A stretch of 64,000 nucleotides of DNA from Malacoraja senta (taxonomy: Eukaryota), in the NCBI GenBank assembly GCA_038087875.1, contig CM075995.1, positions 684,001 through 748,000 on the forward strand, given 5' to 3'. Below are positions 62,270 through 64,000 of the stretch, piece by piece. How positions within the stretch are numbered: position 1 is the first letter of the stretch; each line of letters begins with the position of its first letter. Under the pieces are notes generated by a model, which was given only the letters and a program-made list of their open reading frames with translations, was not told the origin of the DNA and did no database searches. The translations under genes and the position numbers were made by a program.

Positions 62270-62693
62270 GCCTTCTCCCCATATCCCTTGATTCCACTAG
62301 CCCCTAGAGTTCTATTTAACTCTCTCTTAAATCCATCCAGTGACTTGGCCTCCACTGCCCTCTGTGGCAGGGAATTCCATAAATTCACAACTCTCTGGGT
62401 GAAAAAGTTTTTTCTCACCTCAGTCTTAAATGACCTCCCCTTTATTCTAAGACTGTGGCCCCTGGTTCTGGATTCGCCCAACATTGGGAACAAGTTTCCT
62501 GCATCTAGCTTGTCCAGTCCTTTTATAATTTTATATGTTTCTATAAGATACCCCCTCATCCTTCTGAACTCCAGTAAATACAAGCTTAGTCTTTTCAATC
62601 TTTCCTCATATGACAGTCCCGCCATCCCAGGGATCAATCTCGTGAACCTACGCTGCACTGCCTCAATCACAAGGATGTCCTTCATCAAATTAG
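62270..62693 (-). mobile_element. CR1-clade LINE fragment
   Basis: IEAVQRRFTRLIPGMAGLSYEERL...FFTQRVVNLWNSLP. Confidence 0.88.
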
Positions 62694-64000
62694 GTGTCCT
62701 TCCTCACATGGTGTGGAACCGGAGGAGATGCATATGGTTACGTTTATTCACAACCTCACCCGCTCCCACTGCTTAGTCACTGGAGACCAAATTTGGCCCT
62801 GCATAACTTTAGATTTAACGTACCAGCAGTGGGAATTGATCAAGCTATTTAAAAAAGGCTGAAGGTAGACGCAAAACACTGCAGATGCTGGTTTACAAAA
62901 AACAACAACACAGTGCTGGAGTGACACAGCGGGTCAGGCAGCATCTCTGGAAGACACGGATAGATGACGTTTTGGGTCAGAAGCCTTCTTCAGATTCCTC
63001 TGTACAAATTTTAACTCCATTGACTCTTTCCATTATAACTTGAACATTTTATATTTTTAAAGATCAAACTGAATAACTCCATTTGCAGCAGCTCTACAAG
63101 TGTCAGTAAAGGGGGTTTACACAAAGCTATTGTATAATTGTATAATTCTGATAGTGATTTGGGCCCCATATCTGAGGAAGGATGTGCTGGCTCTGGAGAG
63201 GGTCCAGAGGAGGTTTACAAGAATGATTCCAGGAATGATTTAACCTGTGATGAGCATTTGTCAGCCACTGGGGCCTGTACTCAGCTGGAGTTATAGAAGA
63301 ATGAGGGGAACCTCATTGAAACATACAGAATAGTGAAAGGCTTGGATAGAGTGGATGTGGAGAGGATGTTTCCACTAGTGGGAGAGTCTAGGACTAGAGG
63401 TCACAGCCTCAGAATTAAAGGGACGTTCGTTTAGAAGGAGATGAGAGAAATTTCTTTAGTCAGAGGGTGGTGAATCTGTGAAATTCTTTGCCACAGAAGG
63501 CTGCGGAGCAAAGTCAGTGGATATTTTAAGGCAGAGATAGATAGATTCTTGATTAGTACAGGTGTTAGATTTAGTACAGAGAGTTAGATTTAGATCTTAG
63601 GGCTAAAGGAATTAAGGGATATGGGGAAAAAGCAGGAACAGGGTAATGATTTTAGATGATCAGCCATGATCATATTGAATGGCGGTGCTGGTTCGAAGGG
63701 CCAAATGCCTACTCTTTTCTATGTTTCTAGGTGTCAAAGGTTATGGGGAGCAGGCAGGAGAATGGGGTTTGGGGGAGAGATAGATGGCCTAATGCTAGTC
63801 CTATCAATTATGAACATGATAATTCAGCCAGGGAATTTAAGTGTAGCAAGGTGGGCGCAGCGGGTAGAATTGCTGCCTTACAGCGCCAGAGACCCGTATT
63901 CGTGTTCGTTCCTGACTTATCTGCTGAACTAATGCCCAAATCACAAGTTTCTGAATGTTCCACAGAGAACACTCGATGGAATCCACAGATTCACCACCCA

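Noticed and set aside
61850..62776. 308-aa ORF
   Set aside because: Runs through 200 Ns and antisense CR1 sequence; an artefact.

Overview
Repeat-dense eukaryotic genomic DNA. The repeat families (tRNA-derived V-SINE/HE1-like SINEs, CR1-clade LINE tails, Penelope, Rex1, Tc1) point to a cartilaginous fish, probably a skate or ray. Most of the window is intronic sequence of a minus-strand adenylyl cyclase-associated protein 2 gene (CAP2). Four coding exons are recognisable by translation, GT-AG junctions and exon lengths: 43773-43896 (ATG exon), 37213-37313, 15702-15779 and 3223-3328. Two expected internal exons (about 230 nt in total) are absent and probably lie in the 200-N gap at 9198-9397. 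The 3' exons lie left of the window, and the non-coding first exon could not be located. The most interesting non-genic signal is a very abundant short Penelope-derived terminal repeat carrying a minimal hammerhead-ribozyme motif (CTGAAGA-stem-GAAACGTC). It often occurs as head-to-head palindromic mini-units with 12-15 bp target-site duplications, has been captured by a Harbinger-type MITE, and forms chimeric and tandem derivatives. Most ORFs in the supplied track are translations of repeats. Repeat family names and boundaries are by-eye calls and are approximate.
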